A DNA stretch of 64,000 bases from an archaeon (GTDB lineage Archaea > Asgardarchaeota > Thorarchaeia > Thorarchaeales > Thorarchaeaceae): positions 559 to 64,558 of the forward strand of contig JAJRZD010000035.1 of assembly GCA_024275415.1 (NCBI GenBank), read 5' to 3'. Shown piece after piece: positions 9,392 to 18,607 of this stretch (the stretch's first letter is position 1; the number at the start of each line of letters is the position of its first letter). The notes under the pieces are model-generated. The model made no database searches. It had not been told where the DNA came from and was given only the letters and a program-made list of their open reading frames with translations. Both the position numbers and the translations under genes were made by a program.

Positions 9392-9685
9392 AACATGTCA
9401 ATACTAAGTGAAATGCCTACAGCTTGTATATCCACGAGTCTGTATTATTGTGTACAGGTCCTTTACAGCTCGTTTCTCTAGTATGCTGAACCGAACGTGA
9501 TGAATTTTGGTTTGGAGTCGTGGATGTAGTGGCATAGGATGTTAACCAAGAGGTATCACCAAACACCCCATCACTTTTTTACGCAATGCCCTTTCTGTGG
9601 GTACAGAAATAACCTTAAAAGTGCCCTTCTAATTTCGTAGTTTTGACCAGTTTGGTAAAAGGCATTGTATTTGGAGTGTTTGATT

Positions 9686-10426
9686 ATGTTTCCGACTCAG
9701 AGTATGGGTTATGATAGAGCAATAACAGTATTCAGTCCTGAGGGACGACTTTATCAGGTGGAGTATGCGACTGAAGCAGTCCGCCACGGTCCTTTGGCGG
9801 TTGGAGTGAAAGTTGAAACTGGGGTCGTGTTGGTGGGTGAGAAACGTTCTCCCAACAAGTTGGTTGACCTCTCCACATTGAAGAAGATTCTACTTATCGA
9901 TGATCATGTCGGAACAGCAATAGCAGGACTTCATGCAGATGCTAGGAAGCTCATCGACCAAGCCAGAATTCGTGCACAGATTAATCGGTTGAGTTATGAT
10001 GAGCCCATCTCTATCCAGTCGCTAGTCGTTGATATATGTGACACGAAGCAGATGCATACCCAATATGGTGGTGTGCGACCATTTGGGGTTTCACTATTGC
10101 TCGCAGGCATTGATGATCATGGCCCACAACTCTATACAACTGATCCTTCTGGGTCTTTCTGGGGTTGGAAAGCCGCAGCGATAGGCAAGGAGTCTGAACG
10201 AGTTCGGGACTTCTTCGTTGAGAAATACAATCCCAAGGCAAAACTTGATGCTGCTCTCCAATTAGCGCTAGATGCTATCGATGAGGTCAGTGCTGATACA
10301 TCCAAACCCGAGGAGCGTAAGGAAACCTTAGAGATCGGGATGATCAATTCTGCTGATATGAAGTTCAGAATCCTTTCAGATGATGAAGTTGAAGGCATTC
10401 TGAAAACAAGAATAAAGCCAGAATAG
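9686..10426 (+). CDS. psmA: Proteasome subunit alpha
   Basis: 'MFPTQSMGYDRAITVFSPEGRLYQVEYA' is the canonical archaeal alpha-subunit N-terminus. The listed ORF starts at an upstream TTG (9665); ATG 9686 is the likely true start. Confidence 0.95.
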   Translation: MFPTQSMGYDRAITVFSPEGRLYQVEYATEAVRHGPLAVGVKVETGVVLVGEKRSPNKLVDLSTLKKILLIDDHVGTAIAGLHADARKLIDQARIRAQINRLSYDEPISIQSLVVDICDTKQMHTQYGGVRPFGVSLLLAGIDDHGPQLYTTDPSGSFWGWKAAAIGKESERVRDFFVEKYNPKAKLDAALQLALDAIDEVSADTSKPEERKETLEIGMINSADMKFRILSDDEVEGILKTRIKPE

Positions 10427-10445
10427 AGGATGTCATGTGATATCC
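10422..10445. terminator. Hairpin (7-bp stem AGAGGAT/ATCCTCT, 10-nt loop) between convergent psmA and the Grx-like gene
   Basis: A perfect inverted repeat 'agaggat gtcatgtgat atcctct' overlaps the psmA stop codon. Confidence 0.25.
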
Positions 10446-10771
10446 TCTAGGAAGCATTTCTTGTTCGCGGCACATCTAATGGTTCGCTTGACCTCTTCCT
10501 CATCGAGAATGCCTGTCATCACAACATCACAAACCCTGACAGCTGGCGCTGTGGTCACACCATCGATGTTCGGTGCATCAGGTATTGAGGACTTGTGTAC
10601 CATGTTGATGACCTCTACCGAATATCCCTCATCTTTTAGTAGATCCTCAACGTAAAGGTTCACCATATCACAGAGGTGACAATCCTCTGTCTTGTATATG
10701 GCGATACAGCCATTGCGACCGCAAGCCGTTCTGCGATTCTCTCTTTCGTATGGACTGGGGGAATCCATCAT
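10433..10771 (-). CDS. Glutaredoxin/thioredoxin-fold protein (CxxC)
   Basis: 'IAIYKTEDCHLCDMV' gives a CxxC motif in thioredoxin-fold context. 'VTTAPAV' resembles the cis-Pro region. Confidence 0.55.
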   Translation of the reverse strand: MMDSPSPYERENRRTACGRNGCIAIYKTEDCHLCDMVNLYVEDLLKDEGYSVEVINMVHKSSIPDAPNIDGVTTAPAVRVCDVVMTGILDEEEVKRTIRCAANKKCFLEDIT

Positions 10772-10850
10772 TCAATCAAACCGGTGATTCTCAACCTGCT
10801 TATGAAGCAGTGTATTAGTGCAATGGGCTTCTACGTGTCCAAACCTTCAC

Positions 10851-11771
10851 TTATTTCCTTGCTTTTTCTTCGAGCTTGTCAATAATCATCCCTGCGATAT
10901 CTATGCCTGTGACTCTTGAGAGGGCACTCCATGAGGGTGATGCGTTGGCCTCGATGACACACGGCCCATCAGGAGACTCAAGAATATCTATTCCCGTGTA
11001 ATCAAGCTTGAGTGTTTCTGCGGTTCGGATAGCGCATTCATAGTATTCATCATCAAGATCTACCATCTCTGCACGTCCTCCCCCATGCACATTCGTCCTC
11101 CACTCGCCCTCGATATCCTTGGGCAAATAGCGGTACATCGCCCCCACGACCTCATCTCCTATAACGAAAGCACGGATGTCTCTGTCAGGCTTCGGGATCA
11201 TCTCTTGCACGTAGAGCACCTGTCCGAGTTGATGGATGAACTTCATCGCCCTGTACGTAAGGGCTGGCATCTCGGCGTGGACTGCACCCATCCCACGAGC
11301 TCCTATCATAGGCTTCACAATAACGTCACCAACTTCTTCCACAAAGGCTATGGCAGCCTCAAGATTCTCACCGATGTATGTACGTGGAACCCTGATCCCT
11401 GCTTTCTGCAACGCCGTCAGGGTCGCATACTTGTCCTTTGCCCGTCTGAACGAGTACGCGGGATTCATCACATAGATTCCCGCATCTTCAAAATGCTCAA
11501 GCAGACTAATCCGATACGTGATTTGGTCTCCTGTTCCAAAGCCAATCGTTCTGACAATAATCCCATGCATATCTGAGATGTCCTCGTCGAGATGGATGAA
11601 CCTGTTAGGTATCTCGGAGCCTACATCCGAGAGTCGGATAGGCCGTACTTTGTGGTTTCTTTTCTCCATCGCATCAATGAGGTTCCTTGTCACCCAATTA
11701 TTCACGTTCTCGAAAAAACGATATCCCGAAGTACATGATTCGAGATTGGATTGTGGTGAATAAAAAGCCAT
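10851..11771 (-). CDS. RimK/LysX-family ATP-grasp ligase (alpha-L-glutamate ligase-like)
   Basis: ATP-grasp motifs 'VIVKPMIGARGMGA' and 'IRAFVIGDEVVGAMYR', and a C-terminal 'GIDILESPDGPCVIEANASP'. Confidence 0.8.
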   Translation of the reverse strand: MAFYSPQSNLESCTSGYRFFENVNNWVTRNLIDAMEKRNHKVRPIRLSDVGSEIPNRFIHLDEDISDMHGIIVRTIGFGTGDQITYRISLLEHFEDAGIYVMNPAYSFRRAKDKYATLTALQKAGIRVPRTYIGENLEAAIAFVEEVGDVIVKPMIGARGMGAVHAEMPALTYRAMKFIHQLGQVLYVQEMIPKPDRDIRAFVIGDEVVGAMYRYLPKDIEGEWRTNVHGGGRAEMVDLDDEYYECAIRTAETLKLDYTGIDILESPDGPCVIEANASPSWSALSRVTGIDIAGMIIDKLEEKARK

Positions 11772-11816
11772 GCCTATGGAAACTGGATCAAGTTTGACTT
11801 CTGCGGCGAACCTGTG

Positions 11817-12080
11817 TCATGTACCTTTGGCTTGGCAACCTTGTCTGTCTGGAACACATGAAGCCCCATCGATACAGTCCAAGAATTGTCGGAGTGTGAT
11901 CCTTACGAATCCCAGCTCCTGTCTTCTTTGGTTATCTAGCTCTGATGCCTCTGCTAATGTAAAATCGTAGATCTGATTCTTCCCTGCTGCCTTCAATGCC
12001 TGCTCTCTCTTGCTAAAGAATGTCCACATCGCTCCACATCCCTCGAATCCCCACACTTTCGCTAGATATTGGTGTTTCAT
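11817..12080 (-). CDS. Hypothetical small protein (87 aa) upstream of rimK-like
   Basis: An ORF in the divergent intergenic region; no motif recognised. Coding status is uncertain. Confidence 0.2.
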   Translation of the reverse strand: MKHQYLAKVWGFEGCGAMWTFFSKREQALKAAGKNQIYDFTLAEASELDNQRRQELGFVRITLRQFLDCIDGASCVPDRQGCQAKGT

Positions 12081-12185
12081 TTGATTCCACTCAAATGCTG
12101 TGGATCACCTATTAAGCACAATGATTGGGGATGCTCTATCCAATGCCCTATTCGAATCCTTTTAGCCACTTGATACCAATGACAC

Positions 12186-12590
12186 TTGGTGCAGAACTTG
12201 GACAAAAGCGAGAAAGAATGGCGACTGGAGCTGACCCCTGAACAGTATAGCGTCCTACGACAGTGTGGCACTGAACCTCCTTTTTCAGGCAAGTATGTCC
12301 ACCACAAGGGAAACGGGATATATCTCTGCGCTGGATGTGGGAACCCGCTATTTGCTTCTGGAGCCAAATTCGATTCGGGAAGTGGATGGCCAAGTTTCTG
12401 GGATGCTATTTCTGAGGGGAGCGTCGAAAAGAAGATCGACACGAGCTATGGTATGCGTCGCATCGAGGTCGTCTGTAAGAAATGTGGGGGGCACCTCGGA
12501 CATGTGTTTGATGATGGGCCTGATCCGACAGGTCTCCGGTATTGCATAAACTCGGCTGCCCTTGACTTCAAGGAACACGAAGAAAAGTAA
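12186..12590 (+). CDS. msrB: Peptide-methionine (R)-S-oxide reductase
   Basis: Two zinc CxxC pairs (CAGCGNPLF; CKKCGGHLGHVF), 'GWPSF' and the catalytic 'RYCINSAAL'. Confidence 0.92.
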   Translation: MVQNLDKSEKEWRLELTPEQYSVLRQCGTEPPFSGKYVHHKGNGIYLCAGCGNPLFASGAKFDSGSGWPSFWDAISEGSVEKKIDTSYGMRRIEVVCKKCGGHLGHVFDDGPDPTGLRYCINSAALDFKEHEEK

Positions 12591-12746
12591 TTCGTGTAGT
12601 CGGATTTCTTTAGTCCATTGGGACTTGATATCAATGAGATGTTCTGCCAAGAAAAATGAACGGAGTGGAGGGAATTATCCCCCCAACTTTTGGATGCTAG
12701 ATAGTGAACTCAGTTCCACAGTTCTCGCATTCCACTCTGTCGCCAA

Positions 12747-13025
12747 TCACATAGTTTCCGGCCAAGGGGCATCACAATGTGGGCATCTGGGAATCTTGAG
12801 GACTCTGGCTGAATCTCTTAACTCTCTACCTACGAGTGCGGCGTCCTTGGAGATGAGCTCGCCAGTTGATTTGTCGAACGTCCCTGTGATCTGTCCCCCT
12901 GCAATGAGATGAAGGGTGTTATTTCGAACTCTATCCTCATCCATTTCAATGATTTTGGACAGCTCGATCATGGTGACTCTGGGGTATGACTTTAAGGCAC
13001 CTTTCACAATGGCATTTTGAAACAC
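12747..13025 (-). CDS. Hypothetical protein, possible wHTH with C-terminal CPHC
   Basis: A 92-aa ORF. 'IELSKIIEMDEDRVRNNTLHLIAGGQI' looks like a winged-helix. It ends with 'RCPHCDAPWPE'. Confidence 0.3.
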   Translation of the reverse strand: MFQNAIVKGALKSYPRVTMIELSKIIEMDEDRVRNNTLHLIAGGQITGTFDKSTGELISKDAALVGRELRDSARVLKIPRCPHCDAPWPETM

Positions 13026-13360
13026 ACCAATAACAGGAGTGCTTGGGCGACTTGGGCCTGGTCCGACCTAGTTGTCGAAACGGCTGGCGGAGGTTCGGTC
13101 TTTGGCTATGAAAAAGTCTAGTCCTTGAAATTAGCATGGATGATTGCGTGTCAAAATTCCAACACCTCGGTTCTTACCACCATCAGTCATGTGGCATCAG
13201 GTTGGATTTTTCTCACATCTCCTGTATCTTATATCATCTAAGGGAATGGTGCTTTTAGACATGTGACCTCATCAACTGACAGTAATCAGCTATGAATAGA
13301 CACAAGTCTTCCATCTTGGTTGTAACAAAGTCTAAGTGTTGTCGTTCATGACTAAGGAAT

Positions 13361-14146
13361 ATGACACTTCCCGGATTGACAAAGGCACAGATGATAATGA
13401 TTGACCGGATGATGATGGAGAACCTTGAAGTTCCAGTGGAACTTATGATGGAACATGCAGGGTCGAGCCTCGCACGGCTTGCCGTGAAGCAAGCTCCGAA
13501 GAACGATGCGGACTTCACAATCATTGTTGGTTCGGGGAATAATGGGGCTGGTGGGATGGTAGCAGCTCGAAGGCTGGCCAGCTGGGGGCACAATGTGGAA
13601 GTGTATGCTCCCCGGGGGATTGTTTCTTTTCGAAGGGTTCCTGCAGGTCAGTTTTCTCGCTTGCGTGCTCTAGACATCCCCGTATCAAACGATATTCCCT
13701 CGGAGTCAAAGTCTTCCGATGTCGTTATTGATGCATATTTGGGGTATGGATTCGTTTCACGAGAGGATCGCATTACAGCCCGTGTGTTCGACTTCTTCTC
13801 AAAGCAAGACAACCTGATATGCCTTGATGTCCCGTCAGGGCTTGATCCTGACAATGGAGAAAGCGAGGTCGAATCGAACCCAAAGGCGACATTGACCATC
13901 GCGTTCGTCAAGAAGGGTCTCTTGAAGGCTTATCCTAACCGTACAGGTGATTTGTTTGTTTGTGATGTCGGTGTCCCAATGGAAACTATCCGAAACTCAC
14001 TTGGGATTATGTGGACGGCCCCTTACTCACAGGAATCTCTTTCACATCTCACTGACGCATTTCAGATCAACTCGATGGTAGAAACTGAAATTGTAGTTTC
14101 TAATGCCAAATTGGGATGGATTCCGAAAAATGTTCGAAACCAATAG
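13361..14146 (+). CDS. nnrE: NAD(P)H-hydrate epimerase (YjeF N-terminal domain)
   Basis: 'IIVGSGNNGAGGMVAARRL' matches the YjeF_N GxGNNGGDG motif. 'IDAYLGYGF'. No fused NnrD dehydratase domain. Confidence 0.75.
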   Translation: MTLPGLTKAQMIMIDRMMMENLEVPVELMMEHAGSSLARLAVKQAPKNDADFTIIVGSGNNGAGGMVAARRLASWGHNVEVYAPRGIVSFRRVPAGQFSRLRALDIPVSNDIPSESKSSDVVIDAYLGYGFVSREDRITARVFDFFSKQDNLICLDVPSGLDPDNGESEVESNPKATLTIAFVKKGLLKAYPNRTGDLFVCDVGVPMETIRNSLGIMWTAPYSQESLSHLTDAFQINSMVETEIVVSNAKLGWIPKNVRNQ

Positions 14147-14224
14147 TCATTCCAACGATATCTAACGATATCAGTCATTGAGCAGGCGGAAATAACTTAT
14201 ATCCATTCATACTATAAAATAGGT

Positions 14225-14512
14225 ATGAGCGGGAAAGAAAAACCCTTTGAAAGGATGGTTTCATACCTGGTTGAAACATATGGCATGTCACGTCAAGGTG
14301 CCGAAAAGCTAGTAGTTCAGAGTTCAGAAGCGATTTACACCACAAGGGAGCAGATCAAATATCGGAACCTGCTCGAGCGGCTCATGAAAGAGAAAAGCTG
14401 GGACGAAGCACGTGTTGAAGCCTGCAAGGCTGTAATCAACAGCAATCCCACATGGAACATGATTGCAGAAGACGCCCACAAGTATCAGCTTTCAGGACGG
14501 CTATTCGTATAG
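14225..14512 (+). CDS. Hypothetical protein
   Basis: A 95-aa ORF with an ATG start, in an operon-like position with flanking + strand genes. Confidence 0.3.
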   Translation: MSGKEKPFERMVSYLVETYGMSRQGAEKLVVQSSEAIYTTREQIKYRNLLERLMKEKSWDEARVEACKAVINSNPTWNMIAEDAHKYQLSGRLFV

Positions 14513-14591
14513 ACATTGGTGACATAGTCCGGCATGGCTTCCCAGTTACAAACGTCATGTTTTTCTGTCATCTTTCTCAGTTTCACTTAGG

Positions 14592-15614
14592 ATGATTCGA
14601 AGGATTACCGAACTTTCCGCGAAGATGGCTGCTGAAAGTAGTGATGACCCCGAAGCTCTAGAGAGAAGGTTCCAGGCTGCAAAAGGGCAATCTCCCCGTT
14701 TTCTTCTTCTTTCTCCTATTCATCGGAGCGCTCAGGACTTGCAGGTCTTTCGATTTGGGCAGGGAGACGCGTTCCATGCCACAAGAGTGACCGAACAGAT
14801 TCTTCCTCTACCTAAGAACTCACCATTCCTATTTGCTGGTCCCGCAGCATATAATCGGCAATTCCCTGAAAAGTCGGGGGTTATCATTACCTTTGATCTT
14901 GAAGAACCTGGAGCAGTCGTGAGAGAGTCCATTCAGCATGCTGCTGAACACCCTGATTTCAAGGAGTTGCCTATATCTGCGTTCCGAGTAGATTACGAAG
15001 GTGCGAGTGTGAGGTTGATAGCCCATGGCTTCGACAGGGACTACGAGCTTGAGAACTACGTTTTGAAACGTGTGTCAAAGCCCGACTATCTCGACGATGA
15101 TACTCTTGCAGTTCTCTGCTCGGACTCCCGGGTCCGCCCTCCCTTGACTCCTAACGGACTGCCTATGGCAATCCAAACTCTTGGAGCATATCTCCCTGCA
15201 TATAATGAGACCCTTGAAGAAACAGTCCAATTGAACCAATTCTTTGGGAATTGGCTGAGCAAAGAGTCTATAGAACGCAGGATTATTGTTGTGGTACATG
15301 GCAATTTTGAGGGTGAGGGGCCTCCCTGTGGAGCAGCGCAAGCTTCGCTTTCTGTGGAAGATATCCGCGAAGATTATCTTCGGCGTGTCATCAAGGTCAT
15401 TGATGCGGATGCCCGTCATGCCGAGGAGAATCTAGCAGGCACTCCTGAGGAACGAGCTGTGACAATCGGTAAGGTATCACTTGCTAATCTGCGAACGTAT
15501 CCCGCTGTCGCGGATGCAATCAAAAAGGGAGTGCTCCACGAAGACTTCATGAGAGTTCTCAAGATGGATACAGTTACCAATGTGGTATCCCCGTATGAAC
15601 TCGAGCCTCTTTGA
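14592..15614 (+). CDS. Hypothetical protein with beta-carbonic-anhydrase-like 'CSDSR' motif
   Basis: 'AVLCSDSRVRP' matches the beta-CA CxDxR zinc-ligand signature. A downstream 'VVVHGNFEGEGPPCG' gives His/Cys with an atypical spacer. There is a ~170-aa N-terminal extension of unknown nature. Confidence 0.35.
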   Translation: MIRRITELSAKMAAESSDDPEALERRFQAAKGQSPRFLLLSPIHRSAQDLQVFRFGQGDAFHATRVTEQILPLPKNSPFLFAGPAAYNRQFPEKSGVIITFDLEEPGAVVRESIQHAAEHPDFKELPISAFRVDYEGASVRLIAHGFDRDYELENYVLKRVSKPDYLDDDTLAVLCSDSRVRPPLTPNGLPMAIQTLGAYLPAYNETLEETVQLNQFFGNWLSKESIERRIIVVVHGNFEGEGPPCGAAQASLSVEDIREDYLRRVIKVIDADARHAEENLAGTPEERAVTIGKVSLANLRTYPAVADAIKKGVLHEDFMRVLKMDTVTNVVSPYELEPL

Positions 15615-15635
15615 TTCAATATGCCTCCAATCGTT

Positions 15636-16292
15636 TCAGAGTTCTCCTGTAAATGTCAGGATATGGTCTTCAAATCGTGTCAGTTCCTGAAGGAACGAGT
15701 TCAGCTTGAAAATAGGAACTACTGGCACGCCCTCATGAATCTCGACATCCTCTGCAATCCATGTGACTACAATAGGTCTGAGAAAGTAGGTTCCATGGTT
15801 CAACGTGGTGAATCTTCTCGTTAGGCTCTGCAAATCGTTGGACAGTCGTCTGGCCCGGTTCATCTGTTTCAATGCCGCCTCTTTGATTGCAGAGGTCTTT
15901 CCCTTTCGGATGCCCCACATCTTTGCATCGATGACTAAGACTGAATTCCCCTTTACACCAATGACATCGATTTCCATTCCTCCCTCGGTGGAGTTTCCCT
16001 TTTTCCTATAGCTCTCGGTACATACATACTCGTGTTCTCCCAATACCTGTGCGATAAACCCCTCAAAGTCCTTCCATGTCAGATACTGGATGACTGTTTC
16101 CGCATTGCACCCTTGTCTTATGGTTTCCATCGCAACAGCTATCCTTCCATCTCTTTTCTCCTGTATTGTCCAATCCGAATCTGCCATGATTTGTGAAACT
16201 ACCTCCTGCAGATGTTCAGGCAATTGTTCTACCTCGCAGCTTTTTGTGATTTTGAGAATTGTAAGCAGCTCGTTGATGTTGGCGTAAGTCAT
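15636..16292 (-). CDS. Restriction-endonuclease-like (Mrr/NERD-type PD-(D/E)xK) protein
   Basis: 'MEIDVIGVKGNSVLVIDAKMW' gives a D...(V)IDAK pattern in a beta-strand context. An N-terminal wHTH-like region is present. Confidence 0.35.
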   Translation of the reverse strand: MTYANINELLTILKITKSCEVEQLPEHLQEVVSQIMADSDWTIQEKRDGRIAVAMETIRQGCNAETVIQYLTWKDFEGFIAQVLGEHEYVCTESYRKKGNSTEGGMEIDVIGVKGNSVLVIDAKMWGIRKGKTSAIKEAALKQMNRARRLSNDLQSLTRRFTTLNHGTYFLRPIVVTWIAEDVEIHEGVPVVPIFKLNSFLQELTRFEDHILTFTGEL

Positions 16293-16352
16293 TGTTATTT
16301 GTTGGGCATCACGTTAGTTTATAACCTCCGATGCAGACAATGCAGTAGGTTG

Positions 16353-16853
16353 ATGGATATGTCCGAAACGGATGAGGGATGGCGTCGAGTCCTTACAGCT
16401 TTTGATGACTGGATTTCATACGAAGGGTCTGAGTTCATGCCATGGACGGGATACTTCTCATTGGAAGGATTGCGAGACCTAACTCATCAAGAGCGGATAG
16501 GTTGGATGCACAATATGGTCGATGAGATTATCCCTTCTCGCATAGATCGATGCCGAGAAGCAGGTGTCGCCCTTGAGGATTTCTTGCCATATATGCCTAA
16601 TCCTGAAACAATTGAAACAGTCCGATCCATGATAGACCTGAATGTCACACTACAAGACCTGATGCTCAGGATGAGCGACATCTTTGCCAATATGCTAGAC
16701 GAATACAAGAGCGGTGGCATGGATGAGATTGTTGTGTATCTTGAATCAATAGCATCCTGCGAGGAGGAGATCAGGCACCACATGAGCTTGTACTCTAAGG
16801 GATTTGGGAAGCTTCAGGCACTCGGCTTAACGATACCGGACGACTTTCAATGA
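16353..16853 (+). CDS. Hypothetical protein
   Basis: First in-frame ATG of ORF 16212..16853; the upstream part overlaps the minus-strand gene and is unlikely to be coding. An acidic 167-aa product. Confidence 0.35.
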   Translation: MDMSETDEGWRRVLTAFDDWISYEGSEFMPWTGYFSLEGLRDLTHQERIGWMHNMVDEIIPSRIDRCREAGVALEDFLPYMPNPETIETVRSMIDLNVTLQDLMLRMSDIFANMLDEYKSGGMDEIVVYLESIASCEEEIRHHMSLYSKGFGKLQALGLTIPDDFQ

Positions 16854-17353
16854 CTGTTCATTGTAATTTGCACAAACTTTGAAATCAGAGTGTCCCACTT
16901 CCAGATAGCAATACAGGTGGGCTCTGAGATTCATAGTTGCCTGTCAGGGCTACCTCCGACCTTTATTCCAGAGGTCAGTATATACAGGTCTGCGATGGTT
17001 GCCAAATTGTTGTTTAAATTATGTGCGACTTTCTGTAATTTGCGGTCAAAAATCCGAAAGATCTTTGATTCCTCAACAGAACCTTTACTGGGGGCGCTGT
17101 ATAATAAATCACAGTTCCAGACATCGAGTGAGGATCAGACCTTCCTCTTAATGAGCCAATCCATCAATCGTTAGTATTACTTACATGAATTCACGCATTA
17201 TTTTACAGAGCCCTTAATGGAGAAAATCTTAAATGATATGAATCACCATGGAATCATGGAACCATTCCTAGACCAAGGCGTGGTTCTGTTTGTATATGTT
17301 TGATATTCTTTTTTCTCTCAGAATCTATACCATTCCTCGTCTAATGATGGTGA

Positions 17354-17791
17354 TCATGTATCTGGTTTTTCTATATCGATAATATGCGCATACCACTGTG
17401 GACAATAATTTGATATCTGGTTCATGAATTCAGTAACAGGTACCTGAATTGCAGGCCCATCTTCCCAGTATTCATTTACAATCTGAACCGGCACCTCAGA
17501 ACCATCTGCTAGTTCTTTTCTTTTGGTTCTAAGAGTGTTCTTAGGAATGATGCAATAACAAATCATGACATCATTTTCCATAAGATTTCGTCCTTGCACT
17601 GTGCCTGCAATGTCTAGCAGATGATATGTTTTATACACAAACCTCGAATTTTGTATACCGATAGCTCCAACATGAGTGTGTATTGATTCTGCATAGGTCT
17701 TCCAAAATCGGCTTTCGTTTTTTATTCGAATTAGAACACCGATACATGCCTTGAAGTTTCCATCCACTTCGTTCGAACACCCTCGAGTCAA
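17354..17791 (-). CDS. Hypothetical protein
   Basis: A 145-aa ORF inside a low-GC stretch; no motif recognised. Confidence 0.3.
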   Translation of the reverse strand: MTRGCSNEVDGNFKACIGVLIRIKNESRFWKTYAESIHTHVGAIGIQNSRFVYKTYHLLDIAGTVQGRNLMENDVMICYCIIPKNTLRTKRKELADGSEVPVQIVNEYWEDGPAIQVPVTEFMNQISNYCPQWYAHIIDIEKPDT

Positions 17792-18084
17792 CAGCGATTA
17801 CTGCCACTTGAACTGCCTCCTTCCTTCATACACGTTATACACAACATTGCCCTCTACAAGTTATTAAGATGCTGTCGCACCATTCGTGATGTTGCTATAT
17901 CGTCTTGAACTATCAAGATGAAATGCCATTAGTGGATTTTGATAATGCCGGCGAAGTTCTGGTAGATGTATGCAAGCAAATCGCGATTGGTGCTAAAACT
18001 GAAGTACACAGACACTGTTTGGATAATGACCCTAATATCATGAAGAGGTGAAAAACGAAATGGGTGTAGAAGCTACTGCATCTG

Positions 18085-18501
18085 ATGCCCATCGATGTCG
18101 GGTCAAATGTCCAGGTGAGTGCGAAATCGCCTCAACAGGTGGTTATGTTCTCAGGTTCGGATAAGACCTGTTCGATGTGCAAAAGAACTCACTTAGGATC
18201 TGCTTTTCAAAGATTGGCCTCAGCATTCCTGAAATTGGCTGAATGCAAGATGAATGCAACTCAAAAGTTGGTTCTCGTTCATAGTGTAGATGTTCTCCGT
18301 CATAGGGAAGCATCCCTCACAGCATTGGCTGATTTAGTTTCAAGAAGATCCGGTGTTGCATATAGTACAGTGAAATGGAATCTTAGATTCTTGGTGTCAG
18401 TCGGGCTCCTGATTGGAGGCGATGCCACAAATCGAGGTGCACCTGCTGAGTTTACAGACCAAGCATTGATGCTTGTCGAATTCTTTGAGCAGAACAAATG
18501 A
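18085..18501 (+). CDS. Putative winged-helix transcriptional regulator
   Basis: 'LTALADLVSRRSGVAYSTVKWNLRFLVSVGLL' is a MarR/ArsR-like recognition helix plus wing. Confidence 0.35.
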   Translation: MPIDVGSNVQVSAKSPQQVVMFSGSDKTCSMCKRTHLGSAFQRLASAFLKLAECKMNATQKLVLVHSVDVLRHREASLTALADLVSRRSGVAYSTVKWNLRFLVSVGLLIGGDATNRGAPAEFTDQALMLVEFFEQNK

Positions 18502-18607
18502 CAAGGAATCAAGATGATGCAAAGAACAATGCTGGTTTAGAGGTGTCCGACAGGAATCAGGGTGCTTCCCCGTGCTCGAAGGGCACATGTTCTTTTCCGT
18601 GCCTATT

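Noticed and set aside
9392-9685. The 290-bp intergenic region before psmA as a possible tRNA or ncRNA locus.
   Set aside because: I scanned for T-loop-like GTTCGAATC/GTTCAAATC motifs and an acceptor-stem/CCA layout and found none. I found no tRNA or rRNA signatures anywhere in the window, and I cannot run covariance models.
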